A stretch of 64,000 nt of DNA, from positions 83,774,624 to 83,838,623 of the forward strand of contig NC_057718.1 of the NCBI RefSeq assembly GCF_004010195.1. Reading direction: 5' to 3'. Under the pieces are notes generated by a model, which saw only the letters and a list, made by a program, of their open reading frames with translations, was not told where the DNA came from and did no database searches. The position numbers were made by a program, and so were the translations under genes. Position 1 is the first letter of the stretch, and every line of letters starts with the position of its first letter. This stretch comes from Chiloscyllium plagiosum. Taxonomy: Eukaryota. Of this stretch, positions 52,232 through 63,949 are shown piece after piece.

Positions 52232-52549
52232 CGGCACGGTGGCTCAGTAGTTCACACTGCTGCCTCACAGCACCAGGGTCCCGGGTTCAATTCCAGCATC
52301 GGGCGACTGTCTGTGTGGAGTTTGCACATTTTCTCCGTGTCTGTGTGGGTTTCCTCTGGGTGCTCTGGTTTCCTCCCTCAGTCCAAAGATGTGCAGATCA
52401 GGTGAATTGGCCATTCTAAATTGCCTGTAAAATTATGTGCATTAGTTAGAGGAATAGGTCTGGGTGGGTTACTCTTCAGAGGGTTAGTGTGGACTGGCTG
52501 GGGCGAAGGGTCTGTTTCCATACTGTAGGGAACCTAATCTCATCTAATC
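52232..52549 (+). mobile_element. tRNA-derived V-SINE (HE1-like)
   Basis: A box tggctcagtag, B box ggttcaattcc and V-domain. TACAACA direct repeats at 52225-52231 / 52550-52556. Confidence 0.9.
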
Positions 52550-52904
52550 TACAACATTTAAAAGGCATCTGGATGGGTATATGAACAGGAAGTGTTTCGA
52601 GGGAGATGGGCCAAATGTTTGCAAGTGGGACTATATTAGGTTTGGGTATTGGTCGGCATGGATGAGTTGGACTGAAGGGTCTGTTTTCATGCTGTACGTC
52701 TCTATGACTCTTAGAACTTTAATTAATCTAGTGGGTACACTAACTGTCATTTCGGTGCCATTAATGCTGAGCAATATACCAATACGTGCAAAGCTGTTCA
52801 GGTGAATTAACTCTTAAAAGGTGGGAAAATTGTTGCTCCTGTGATGTACCTTGGAAAATGTTAAGGAAATAATTCTTTTTTAAGTCAAAAACAATCACAT
52901 AACA

Positions 52905-55407
52905 CTGAGGTATCGTTCAACAAGTTTATTAAAACCTCATCTAAAAAAGAAAAACTCATGCTCCTGAAAATATTCCATTATGTCAGTAACACAACAAGAA
53001 AAGACAACTTCCATTTTGTCATGATCTAGACTTGCAGAACGAAAACAGCGAGTTCCTTCATGCAATGATAAAATTAATCATTGCTGTTCCTCAATTCACT
53101 GGAGGTCCAGTTTCAAATTTTACCTGTAGTTTACAAACTGATGCCACTTATGTTTAAATGGCTTTTGGGGTTAAGCATTCAGTCAGGACATACTGACAAG
53201 GCTTGTATTCTCTCAAATGTAAATTATTAAGAAGAGATCCAAGTGTTTAATAACACAGAAGCAGGTTTATCAGATAGGTGGAAATTAATTTCTGTGGTCA
53301 GAGAGATCAGAGCAAAACAGGTATTTTTTAAAATTAGATGTAAGCTGTTCTGAGCTGGTATCAGAAAGCACTCCTCATACAAAGTATTGGACATCTGAAA
53401 GTACTTCCTCCAAAATGGTGTTGAGCCTTGATCAACTGAAGATTCACAAACTGAGGTTTGGTAGCATCCTTGCCTAACAAAATCAAAGGGCTGCAAAAAC
53501 AAAAGGTGGTTTGACAGAATTAAAATGCTGATCAGCAAAGATACAGATCCAAGGCTGCAAAAATTTACATGTATCCCTATATTTAACAAGCGAACTGCCA
53601 ACATCTCAACGCAAATCTTGACTCCAGCTGGAAAGATGGCTCGGTGAGCACATGATTAAGCCTGGTTGTTGTGACCAACATAGACAAGCAGGTTTCTGAT
53701 AATCTCAACAGAAGCTTGTGGAGAAGTACTGAATGACTGAAAACACTGCAAAAGGAGGAATGATTCTAGACTTGGGTGGGTGGGGGGGGGGGGGGAAACC
53801 TGAATATAATAAATAAAGCAATTCTTCCACAGATCCTATTTAACCTGACAAAAGAAGATAGATGACCGTTGTGCCCTGGGCTCCCTCCAACAGTTTTTTT
53901 TCATAGCAAATCTTGAGTAAAATGTTGATAGCATGCAGTGAACAGCATGTTTGGAGCATTATCACTGTTTGACTGGCCTGTTTCTGTGTTATTACACAAC
54001 TATTTAAATAAAACTGAGTTCAGCCTCATGTGACCAGCTTCCAGCTTCCATGAAGTCAAATGCCAACAACAGATCTTACTTGTAGGCCAACCTTCCTGCT
54101 TGCTGATTTTCGAAAATTAGCAGTGATCTTTTTCCTCAATCAAAGCTCCCCAAATCTTGTGATCTGCTATGCCAGAAAATAACATTTTAGAAATGAGTAA
54201 TTTGATCTGTTGAATGTGCCCATCAAATCCAAAAATCACCCTTTTCTAATAACTAAAAGGTAAAAGTAAAATACCAATCAATAAACAATCTTGATACAGA
54301 ATACAAGTGTAAAAAAGGCACAAATGAGGACAAAACACCACACTTCCTGACTCTCTTGAGACACATTCATATGCTTCAGCTTTCCATCTTGTTCCATCCA
54401 GACTTTGCATTTTCTTTTAAAAATGTTCAGCATTGCCCCTGTAAATTCAAAACCTGAGGAAGTTACATGATTTTAAATGCTAAAATATACATTGTTTACG
54501 AAAAAGATTTGGCACTTCAGCTTCAAAACTACACCAAGTGAGTATACATGGTTTAGCAGCTGCAGTTTGTGACCATACACAAATGCAAAACAAAGTGACA
54601 TCACAGGGAGGTGATGGGTTGATTGGATCATGATATTGAGAATACATTCTTGGAAGAAGGGGTTGATTGAGAAACAAGAAAAAGTACAAGACCAGTAAAT
54701 AAGCAAGAAAAGAATGGTAAAGGGAAATTAAGTTTCACACTAATGAAGATTAAGCATGGTGACACAGGTCACTCAATTGGAATGCTTTGTCTGGACTGTG
54801 TGGGAAGTCATGGACCCTACCAGGTTTTAAATGATTACATGCACAGTGTTTCCAGCTTCAGAAACCTAGATTTCATTTTAGAATTATTTTATTCTTCTAG
54901 TAGTTCTGAACAGCAAGATGCTATAGTAGCTAGATATTGGATGCTTGTTTTGTGGAATAAAAACTCCGAGTCACTGATAGGTGCAACTGACCAATCAGAA
55001 AGCTGATACTGAGTTGAGCTCTCCTGAAACCACAACACATGGTATCATTTTGTCTGGACTCTGTCTTTTTTTAAAAAAAGACCTGTTATTTGCATCATGT
55101 TTCATTTTATAATAAAGGTTTAAAAACAGCAAAGCTATGTCCATTTTTCTCATTTTCAATTCATAGTGTAAAGTGAAAAGATGTAGACTTTGCAACACTT
55201 CAGAAAGTGACATGCACAGTACGTGTTTCAACTCAACAGAATAGGTAACAGCCTTTTTCGATTCATTTCACTACAAAGCCCTGTCTAGACTTGCCTGGTC
55301 TAAAATCAAAGCCTGGGCGTTAACAGTCAATCATGAACTGGTTTCTGCTTGATGACAGCACCTTGTACAAGGGTGAGTTTACCAATCAAATTAACAAAAT
55401 TTGCTTT
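52905..55407 (-). other. Probable 3'UTR of a minus-strand gene
   Basis: About 2.5 kb with no recognisable TE, AT-rich, directly downstream of a stop-containing exon. AATAAA on minus at 52925-52930. Confidence 0.5.
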
Positions 55408-55449
55408 TCAAACTGGCTTTCCATCTTCTCTCTGTTCTTGACCATTGTT
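55408..55449 (-). CDS. Probable terminal coding exon (NNGQEQREDGKPV*, or an alternative frame ending at 55386)
   Basis: Acceptor tttgccttgtgcttatcag on minus (AG at 55451-55450). In phase with exon 60631-60690 in two possible frames. Confidence 0.5.
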   Translation of the reverse strand, partial: NNGQEQREDGKPV

Positions 55450-55964
55450 CTGATAAGCACAAGGCAAACCGCTTCAAAGAAACCAATAAATTTCAAAACC
55501 CCAAAAGTTTGACTCCCAAATTTAAATTCTGCTCCAGTCATTTGAATAACGCTTAACAAATTCTTCGGTTCCACCAATAAGAAATCGCATTCATCATGAA
55601 GATGGCAGAAATATTACCTTTATGCTATCGTGCATGAGAAATCAGCTGTTATTTGTACCAGACCAATCTTCAACAAAACAGGTAACTGAATACCAATACC
55701 AGAAGCATCATCAAGCAGGAAGAATGTTGAATTTTCAGTCTTCTGGATAATATAATTTTCCCGTGCTCTCAAGAACACTGCTTGGAAGTATAACCTGCAG
55801 AATTACAGCCTTAACATCAAGCAGTCTACACTCCCAGAACATATTGCTGAAAAAGAGCAAAAAATATTTTTCTGCTTACTTTCACAGCCACATGAAAATT
55901 CATTCTATTTTGTCTAATTCCATTTCAAAACTGTGAGCTGTTACGCATATTTTATCCTCCTGTC

Positions 55965-56772
55965 TCAATTGCAATTTATAAGTTTGCCGATGACACCACC
56001 ACAGTCGGTCGAATCTCAGATGGCGACGAAACAGACTACAGATGGGAGGTGGAAGACCTGAAAAAAATGATGCAGTGAGAACAACCTAGCGCTCAATGTC
56101 GGCAAAACCAAGGAACTCATTATTGACTTTTGGCAGGACATCACTCATGCTCTCTACACATTTAACCGCACAGAGGTGGAACGAGTGGAGATTGTCAAGC
56201 TCCTGGGAGTGGTCATCAACAACAAGCTTTCTTGGACTCCTCATGTGGATGCAGTGGTTAGAAAGGCCCAACAATGTCGCTTCTCCTCAGGCAGCTGAGA
56301 AAGTTTGGCATGATAGTGAATACCCTAGGCACCTTTTTATAGGTGTGTCATCGAGAGCATTCTGTCTGGATATATCACTACCTGATATGGTAACTATCAT
56401 TCAAGATCTGAGACTGTTACAGAGAGTGGTGAACTCGACCTGGACAATCACCAAGGCCAACCTCCAGTCTATAGAATCCATCTACCAGGCCCGCTGTCGA
56501 GGAAAGGCTGCCAGCATTCTCAAAGATCCATCTCACCCTGGCAATGTTTTTCTACAGCCTCTACCATCAGGGATAAGGTACAGAAGCCTGAACACCAGCA
56601 CCAACCGATTTTGCAATGGTTTCTACCCTATGTTGTTAGAATACTGAATGGACTCTCAAACTCTTAATATTTGCCTGGACCTGTTTTTGTTTTTGCCACT
56701 GTTTACCTATTATTTACTTAATTATGTGATCTGCCTGTATTGCCTGCAAGACAAAGCTTTTCACTGTGCCTC
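55965..56772 (+). mobile_element. Rex1/Babar-clade LINE 3' fragment
   Basis: Nucleotides read FADDTTTVGRISDGDETDYRWEVEDL...NNLALNVGKTKELIIDF, then LQRVVNS...ILKDPSHPG...LPSGIRYRSL. Confidence 0.85.
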
Positions 56773-57131
56773 TTCAGTAGAAATCCACTATGGTAGGAAG
56801 CTCTTGCTGTTATTCCTCTGAATAAACTTTAAATAATAAACATTGAGGATAAATTGTGCTTGCCACAAAAACATGACAATAAGAAGGACTTTTGCTTCTA
56901 GTTCTGTACCAACACTGTTCCATGGCTTACTTTCGTTGTCTACTCTGTGAAAGCTACTTTCATTTTGCATCTGCCAGACTCTTATGGAGTCATCCACTTG
57001 CATTGTTCGAAAGTTCTTTCTCCAGTTTACAATTATTTTCTAAAGCAAGTCACCTGCAGATTCTCTCAATATGTGTACTGCACTTAACTATTTTCCACGG
57101 CATCTAATTTGGTGAGAAGTTTGTCAGCTAT

Positions 57132-57883
57132 TGTTAGAACATAGCAGTGAATCCTCAAGTTAATTAAACCAAACACCCAGAAGAGCTCACCTCTCCTCGT
57201 AATCTGTTGAAATATGACTGACTGAACTCCCAAATTCCACTATTTAAAGAAAATAGTATCCATTTATTCTTTAATTCTAAAAGTGAACATTAAACAGCAA
57301 CTCTAAGCCCACCTTTCTCTTAACTGCTTATTACCTGCCTCCAAATCTGTAACAATATGCTGTTCCAATAAAGCACTTATTAAATCACATCAACTTAATT
57401 TCAAAACCACACAGCCACTGTCATCTCCAGTGTCTGTCTTCCGGATGAAGACCTCCCTGGGTTGTCTTTTTTTTTAACTGTGATTATGTTTCATATGAAA
57501 AAGATACCTTGGATGGAGAGTGTTTCCTAATTTCTTGGATCTGTGTTGTTGGCAGTTGCTCTGCCTGATTTTCAAATTGTCTGCCTTTTTTATATCCCCA
57601 ACATCGATCGTCTCATTGGTTTGATCTTGGCAAAACAATAAATTTAAACTCGATTGGGTTTTAGTATCCTGGAGGATAATGTAAACTGATTAGTTCAATT
57701 TCAATTGTTGTCACAACAGTAACCAACTCAGGTATCCATTTCAGCCAAGTGTTAGGTATTTTCAATTTTCCAGTACACTCTGGGACTGCCATATCATCAT
57801 TTACACAGGTGCTTGTAAGCTCTCAGTGCAGAACAGCATTCATTCTCTCTTAAAGACACAGTCCATGCCTTCAATTTCATGCA
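57132..57883 (-). mobile_element. Probable solo LTR, family B (~750 bp)
   Basis: TG...CA termini, AATAAA on minus near 57263, second copy at 19276-19898. No TSD confirmed. Confidence 0.6.
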
Positions 57884-58859
57884 TTTTAAATATTAGTTTT
57901 TCAAATGTTATGTGTAGCTTTTTCTCCATGTGCCACATTGTTGTCATTTTTATTCATTAAATCCTTCTGGAATATTTGCCAGCTCAGTACGCATGTTATA
58001 CAATTGGCCTATGAACTTGATAGTTCTGTGCTGAATGTCATTGTCTTAATTTTGCCACCAACTAGTCCTGTTCCTCGGGACCATCATCAATAAATGTCAG
58101 CTGGTAAGAGTCTGAGGTTTTTTTAAAAATTCCAAGTGATTGTAAGTGAATCTTATTACGCTGCTATTTTTGATTGGTACTGTAATTACTCAATCAAAAT
58201 CTATTAGCTCATATCAAATCAGGCTCAAATGGTCAGTATTCCATGAATTTTCTGAGTCCATGTCTTGTATAAAAGCCTATCATTCTGCATACAAGGCACT
58301 CAAATGTGCAGGAGGGAAAGAAAAAGTAATTGCAGTGTTGCAGGAGGACGATCGCACTGGATGCAAAACAAGTTTGGATTCCAGCCATAGGCTAACTAGA
58401 AAGGATATCTCTCCAACGGGAAAAGGTTCCTGGCATGCACTACCTATGCCAGGTGTTTGCTAATTCGGTCTGGTTATTCAGGTTATAATCAACACACCAT
58501 TTAAAAATCTATCTCCACATGGTTACTTTCATAAAAAGTGCTACCAAAAAGGATGTTCATGAGTACGAGATTCAGGTTCTAACTACCACTGATTTTTGTC
58601 ATAAGCAAAATTTATCTCCATTATCTGTCAATTCCCATAGAACTCGTACCCATAGAACACTCCTTGTCCATTTCTCCGCAATTTTGTTGATGAAATTCTC
58701 TTCTGTTCACATGATGTATCCGTGTTGAAATACTAAATCTGTTTACCAAGTCAATAAAATATTCAAATTTTATTTGAATAAAATAAAAGTGGGGGGCAGA
58801 ACCAGATGGTGAGTAGCTTGGAGAGGAACTTGCAGGTTATGCGCTCCCATTTGTCTGTT

Positions 58860-59200
58860 TCAAGCTGGGAGTCGTCATTGATTATGAAGATGCTGTCTTA
58901 GGATCTTCAGTCAATTTCTGCACTGCAGCTTGTGGATAATATACACTGCTGCTACTAAGCATCAGTAGTAGAGGGAATGGAAGCTTGTAAATGTGAAATG
59001 AATTAAATGGGCTCCTTTGTCCTGGATGGTGTTCAAGCTTCTTGAGTGTTCTTGGAGCTTCTCCCATCCAGACAAGTGTGGAGTTTTCCATTACACTCCT
59101 GACTTGTCAATGATGGGCAGAGTTTGGGGAACCAGGAGGTGATTTAGTCAATGCAGTATTCCTGGCCTCTGACCTGCTCTTATAGCTACTGCATTTACAT
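58860..59200 (-). mobile_element. Old LINE 3' fragment (CR1/L2 group)
   Basis: Reverse complement matches the family seen at ~11360-11520 and 34050-35200 (gctataagagcaggtcagagg...gctccaagaacactcaagaagcttga). Confidence 0.6.
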
Positions 59201-59274
59201 GACACCACCAATTTTTCAAGGGTAACTAGGACAGGCAATAAATGCTACACCCACATATCACAAATGAATAAAAC

Positions 59275-60478
59275 AAAAGTTCCATGGAACAAAGGGACCT
59301 TGGGCATTATTGTCCATAGATCTCAAGGCAGAAGGCCACATCAATAGGTTAGTGAAAAAGATAAATTGGGCACTTACCTTTATCAACTGAGGCACAGATT
59401 ACAAACGCAGGGAAGTCATGATGGAGTTGTATCAAAGTTTAGATCACAGCTAGAGTACAGTGTGCGGTTCTGGTTGCCATATTACAGGTAGGATGTAATC
59501 GCACTAGAGTGAGAATGTGAATAGGGGTATGGGCAGGCAGGGAAAGAGTTATGTTCTGAGTTTTGTGAAACAAGAGGTTCATGACCCCGATCAGATAATA
59601 ATGGGATGCTGGTGGCAAGGGTAATGGGTTAACAAGGTGGAAAAGCATTCATTATGTCGAGCCATTTCACAATATTGGAAACATTTAATATGTACGGTCA
59701 ATTTAACAAGGTGAAAAGTATTCATTATGTGAAGCCAGTTAAGGTTAAGAACATTCATTGTGTAACAACAGATGGCTTAATCTCTATTATTGACACTTGC
59801 TGATTGTAATGGTCACCTAATCAATATCCACAAGCTGCCTTATCTGGATGCTCTTCCCAGTAAGTGACTATATAATTCCTTAAGAAACTGCTGTTCCAGA
59901 GAAGACAGTGCACTCACATCCATGTGCACATGGGTGAACGTTCTCTCTCCCTGCAGGGCCTGGAATAAAGATGGAGGTAAAACTACACTGTTTCTAAGCA
60001 TTTTGCTTCAATTAAGGTGGGGGGGGGGTGGGCGGAAGATGTGATGACTGGAGAACATGCAGAGTAGATTAACCACCATACTGCCTGGGGTGGAAAATTT
60101 AAGTTGTGAGGAAAGGTTGGATAGGTTGGGTTTTATTTTTGGAGCAGAAAAGAGTAAGGGATGATCTGATACATAATAGGACATCATGAGGAGCACGGAC
60201 AGAGTGGATAAGGAGCAGCAGCTTCCTTTATTTGAAGGTTTCGTCACAAAGAGGCATGGGGTCAAGGGAATGGGCAAGAATTTTTTTTAAGGGGGTGTGG
60301 GAGGGAGGACAAACCTTTTCACCCACAAGATGGTGACTGTCTGCGATGTGCTGCCTGGGAGGGCGGTAGAGTTGCATCATGTAGTTTAAATGGGATTAGA
60401 TTGATGGTCAACTGTTTCCCACATCAGTGCAGACTCGATGGGCCAAAGGGCCTCTTCTGCACTCTACGATTCTATAAT
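59275..60478 (+). mobile_element. CR1 3' end split by a solo LTR
   Basis: gagtacagtgtgcggttctggttgcca...gcactagag resumes after 60049. Tail ctctacgattctat. Confidence 0.8.
59510..60049 (+). mobile_element. Solo LTR, family A (copy 4)
   Basis: Reverse complement of the other three copies. TATATAA at ~59869 and AATAAA at ~59964. Flanks AGAG / GGAG (4-bp TSD with one mismatch). Confidence 0.8.
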
Positions 60479-60630
60479 CGAACACGAGGAAACGTTCCAA
60501 CATGGCAAATTGCAGATTAGCTGATTTTTCCAAAAGTAGTTGCCCCCGTGTGCTTCGTGAAGTTTCATTTATGTCAAGAAGAAGTTGACTCAACAGTATA
60601 AGTGTCTGTCTAAAAATGGACTATACTTAC

Positions 60631-60690
60631 TTGAGTATCTTGCATGCATTTACAACTGTCTTTGGTAGCTTCTGTATTATCAATACAAAC
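60631..60690 (-). CDS. Probable internal 60-nt coding exon (VCIDNTEATKDSCKCMQDTQ, or FVLIIQKLPKTVVNACKIL in phase 2)
   Basis: On minus: acceptor gtactgctttag and consensus donor GTAAGT. Length is a multiple of 3, frame open, context non-repetitive. Confidence 0.55.
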
Positions 60691-61799
60691 CTAAAGCAGT
60701 ACTTTTAAAAGGCTAATCTTGTGTAGATCCTCACCCTAGTTCACCAAGTAACATTTTAACCAATCTGTCTCACATATTGTTGGAAACACAGCCCTATCCA
60801 ACAAAGCACAATTGAAGGAATATCTGCCAAAATGTTCACTTTAGTACTCAACTCCTCTTCACTAAGGAATATTACAGTACTACAGAAAGTTCATGGGATG
60901 CAAAACATTATGGGCTGCTGCCACAGCTTCCAAATTTCTTCAGCACTTTGTAATTTTTTTAAGGATTATCAACCTGAAATATTAACGTTTTTCCTCCCCA
61001 GATGCTGCTGTAATAGCCAGATCCAAAGGTATTTTCCTTGTTTTACTATTAATTTTATCCTCCTGTTATAATGACACCTACATCCAATACCTGAACTATT
61101 TCCATTGAGCCTTTTTATACTTTGTGACAGGACAGTTCATTTCACTAGCTAAAAGTAAACACTTCTGGCATTTATTTTAAGGCAATAGATATCTGATCCA
61201 ATAACATTGCCTTCTCAGAAAACAAAGCACCAATTAGCTCCAGTTTGCTGTTCATATCACTCTAGCACAATTCAGCTATCGAAATACTGACACAGCTCTA
61301 GTATCCCAAAATTGAATTTTGACATCTTTTAATAAAAATTTATTAAGGTCCATGACATATTTTTCCATGGAATCTCAAATTTTGATCATGCGTCATAGGC
61401 ATTTAACAGGAAGTTTTTCTTTTATGTTCAATCCAGGAAACCAAAGAGCAAATGCAAACTTTGATCACTAATCATTTGGAAAGCAGCCATCTCAACACAT
61501 ACTTTACTTCTGATTTTGCTTTGAGTAGGAAGCAACAACTACAATGCCTTGACTTTTCTTTGGTATAATATTAACCAAATCTTCATTTATTCTACTGATC
61601 ATGTGGTTCACATTCCAAGAACATGAGACTACAAACTAAAAACTTGCCTTTACCATTTTCCACAATTGTCACGCAAAATTTAATTTAATGACTGGATTTA
61701 AAAAGAAAACTAACGGCATCCTTCAGCATCCTTCCATTTTTATTTGGTCATAGGATGTGTGAAGGCCAGTACAAAACCAGCATTTAATCCCTTTCCAAA

Positions 61800-62605
61800 G
61801 GATGTCGTGGGTTACAGAGGGACATGGATAAGCTGCAGAGCTGAGCTGAGAGGTGACAAATGGAGATTAATGTGGAAGCGTGTGAGGTGATTCACTTTGG
61901 AAGGCCGAACAGGAATACAGAGTACTGGGCTAATGGTCTGATTCTTGGTTGTGTGGATGAGCAGAAAGATATCTGTGTCCATGTACGTAAATCCCTGAAA
62001 ATTGCCACCCAGGTTGAGAAGGTTGTTAAGAAGGCATGGGCGTTGTTAGCTTTTACTTGTAGAGGGATTGACTTTCAGAGCCACGAGGTCATTCTGCAGC
62101 TGTACAAAACTCTGGTGCGACCGCACTTGGAGTATTGCATACAATTCTGGACACTGTGTTATAGAAAGGATGTGGAAGGTTCGAAAAGGGTGCAGTGGAG
62201 ATTTACCAGGATGTTATGGAGGGCAGCTCTTATGAGGAAAGACTGAGGGATTTAAGGCTGTTTTTGTTAGAGAGAAGGTTGAGGGGTGACTTAATTGAGA
62301 CATGTACAATAATCAGAGGGTTGGATATGGTGTACAGCGAGAGCCTTTTTCCTCGAATGGTGATGGCTAGCGCAAGGGGACAAAGCTTTAAATTGAGGGA
62401 TGATAGATATAGGACAAATGTCAGAGGTAGGTTCTTTATTCAGAGTATTAAGGGTGTGGAACGGCCTGCCTGCAAGAGGAGTAGACTCTCCAACTTTAAG
62501 GGCATTTAAATGGTCATTGGATAAACATAGGATGAAAATGGAATAGGCTTCAGATTGGTTTCACAGGTCGACGCAACATCGAGGGTCCAAGGGCCTGTAC
62601 TGCAC
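61800..62605 (+). mobile_element. CR1 3' portion
   Basis: CEVIHFGR...LYKTLVRPHLEYCIQFW...RGDLIET, with tail ttctatgttctat. Confidence 0.93.
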
Positions 62606-63030
62606 GGTAATGTTCTATGTTCTATCCCTAACTATCCATGACAAGCCATCTTCTACTCCTCCTGAGAAGCTGGTACATTCAGAGTATTCAGAGTGGGGAG
62701 TTGCAGGATATCCAGTTGCAGTAACAAATGGTGATATTGTTCCAAGTGAGAAAGACCCACAAGACCAGAAGAAATAGTAACAGCCGTAGCTATCCAACTC
62801 CTTGAGCCTCCTCTGCCTTTCATAGGATCATTGCTGATCTGACATTTATCACATCAATTTTTCTTGCCTTACCCTGGTGACTCTCTCTTCCCCTACTGAT
62901 TAAGAACTTAACTCAACCTTAAATACACACTGGATAAAAGCAAATTACTGCGAATACTGGAATCTGAAACCAAAAGAGAAAATGCTGGAAAATCTCAGCA
63001 GGTCTGGCAGCATCTGTAAGGAGAGAAAAG

Positions 63031-63069
63031 AGCTGACGTTTCAAGTCAAACTGACCCTTTGTCAAAGCT
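63031..63069 (-). ncRNA. Hammerhead ribozyme variant (U3-A8)
   Basis: Minus strand reads AGCU-UUGACAA-A-GGGUC-AGUUU-GACUU-GAAAC-GUC-AGCU: 4-bp helix I and 5-bp stem II with two G-U pairs. Confidence 0.65.
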
Positions 63070-63190
63070 AAAAAAAGGGAGAAATAGAGAGGTATTTATA
63101 CTAGGCTGAGAGAAGGTGAGTCATGGCTCCAGAAGTAAAGGTAGCAATAAAGAGGTGATAATGACAGTGCATAGAGAGATTATGGGGGGA

Positions 63191-63949
63191 TTAGGAGCTA
63201 TGAATGACCAAGGCTGAAGCCAGTGCTATGTGACAAAATATGTGGGGCTGTAACATGCCTAGTCTGAAGATGAGATGCTGTTCTTCCAGTTTGCGTTGAG
63301 CTTCACTGGAACATTGCAGCAGGCCAAGGACAGACATGTGGGCATGGGAGCAGGATTGTGTGTTGAAGTGGCAAGCCACAGGAAGGTCTGGGACCTGATT
63401 GCATACAGACCAAAGGTGCTCAGCAAAGCGATCACCCAGTCGGCATTTTGTTTCTCTGATATAGAGGAGACCACATCGGGAGCAGCGAATGCAATAGACC
63501 AAATTGAAAGAGGTACAAGTGAAACGCTGCTTAATCTGAAATGAGTGTTTGGGGCCTTGGATGGTGAGCGTGGAAGAGGTAAAGGGGCAGATGTTACACC
63601 TGCGATTGCATGGGAAAGTGCCGTGTGTGTTGGGAGAGTTGTTAGGTGTGATGGAGGAGTGGACGAGGTTGTCCCGGAGGGAATGATCTCTGCGGAGTGC
63701 AGGCAGGGGGAGGGAAGGGAAGATGTGTTTCGTGGTGGCATCGTGTTGGAATTGGCGAAACTGGCGGAGGATTATTCTTTGCATGTGAAGGTTGGTGGGG
63801 TGAAAGGTGAGAACAAGAGGGACCCTATCCTTATTCTGGGAGGGGAGGGAGGGGGTGAGGGTCGTGGCGAGGGAGATGGACCGCACGCTGTTGAGAGCCT
63901 TGTCAACAACTGAAGGTGGGAAGCCACGGTTGGAGAAGAAGGAGCACAT
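63191..63949 (-). pseudogene. PLE ORF C-terminus: RT thumb/linker + GIY-YIG endonuclease
   Basis: FSNRGFP...RVPLVLTFHP...FPCNRRCNICP...NLVYCIRCSRCGLLYIRETKCRLGDRFAEH...VACHFN...RKLEEQHLIFRLG. The YIG glycine is changed to R. Confidence 0.9.

Larger units (their letters stand above)
50298..52712 (+). mobile_element. 5'-truncated CR1 hosting two PLE insertions and a SINE
   Basis: GRLLEGILRDKI...GKSCLINLIEF through TRGRRFKV, collinear across the insertions. Tail ctctatgactct. Confidence 0.93.

Noticed and set aside
53773..53795. G-run / possible G-quadruplex
   Set aside because: Simple homopolymer of uncertain assembly length with no other support.
55880..55930. 51-nt minus-strand exon candidate with AG / GTAAGC boundaries
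   Set aside because: Stop codons in all three frames.
61508..61628. Additional upstream minus-strand exon candidate
   Set aside because: Good acceptor and one open frame, but a weak donor (GTAAAG) and no recognisable protein, so it cannot be supported.
63191..63949. Domesticated GIY-YIG nuclease gene
   Set aside because: 5'-truncated TE copy with YIG changed to YIR and no splice or promoter evidence.
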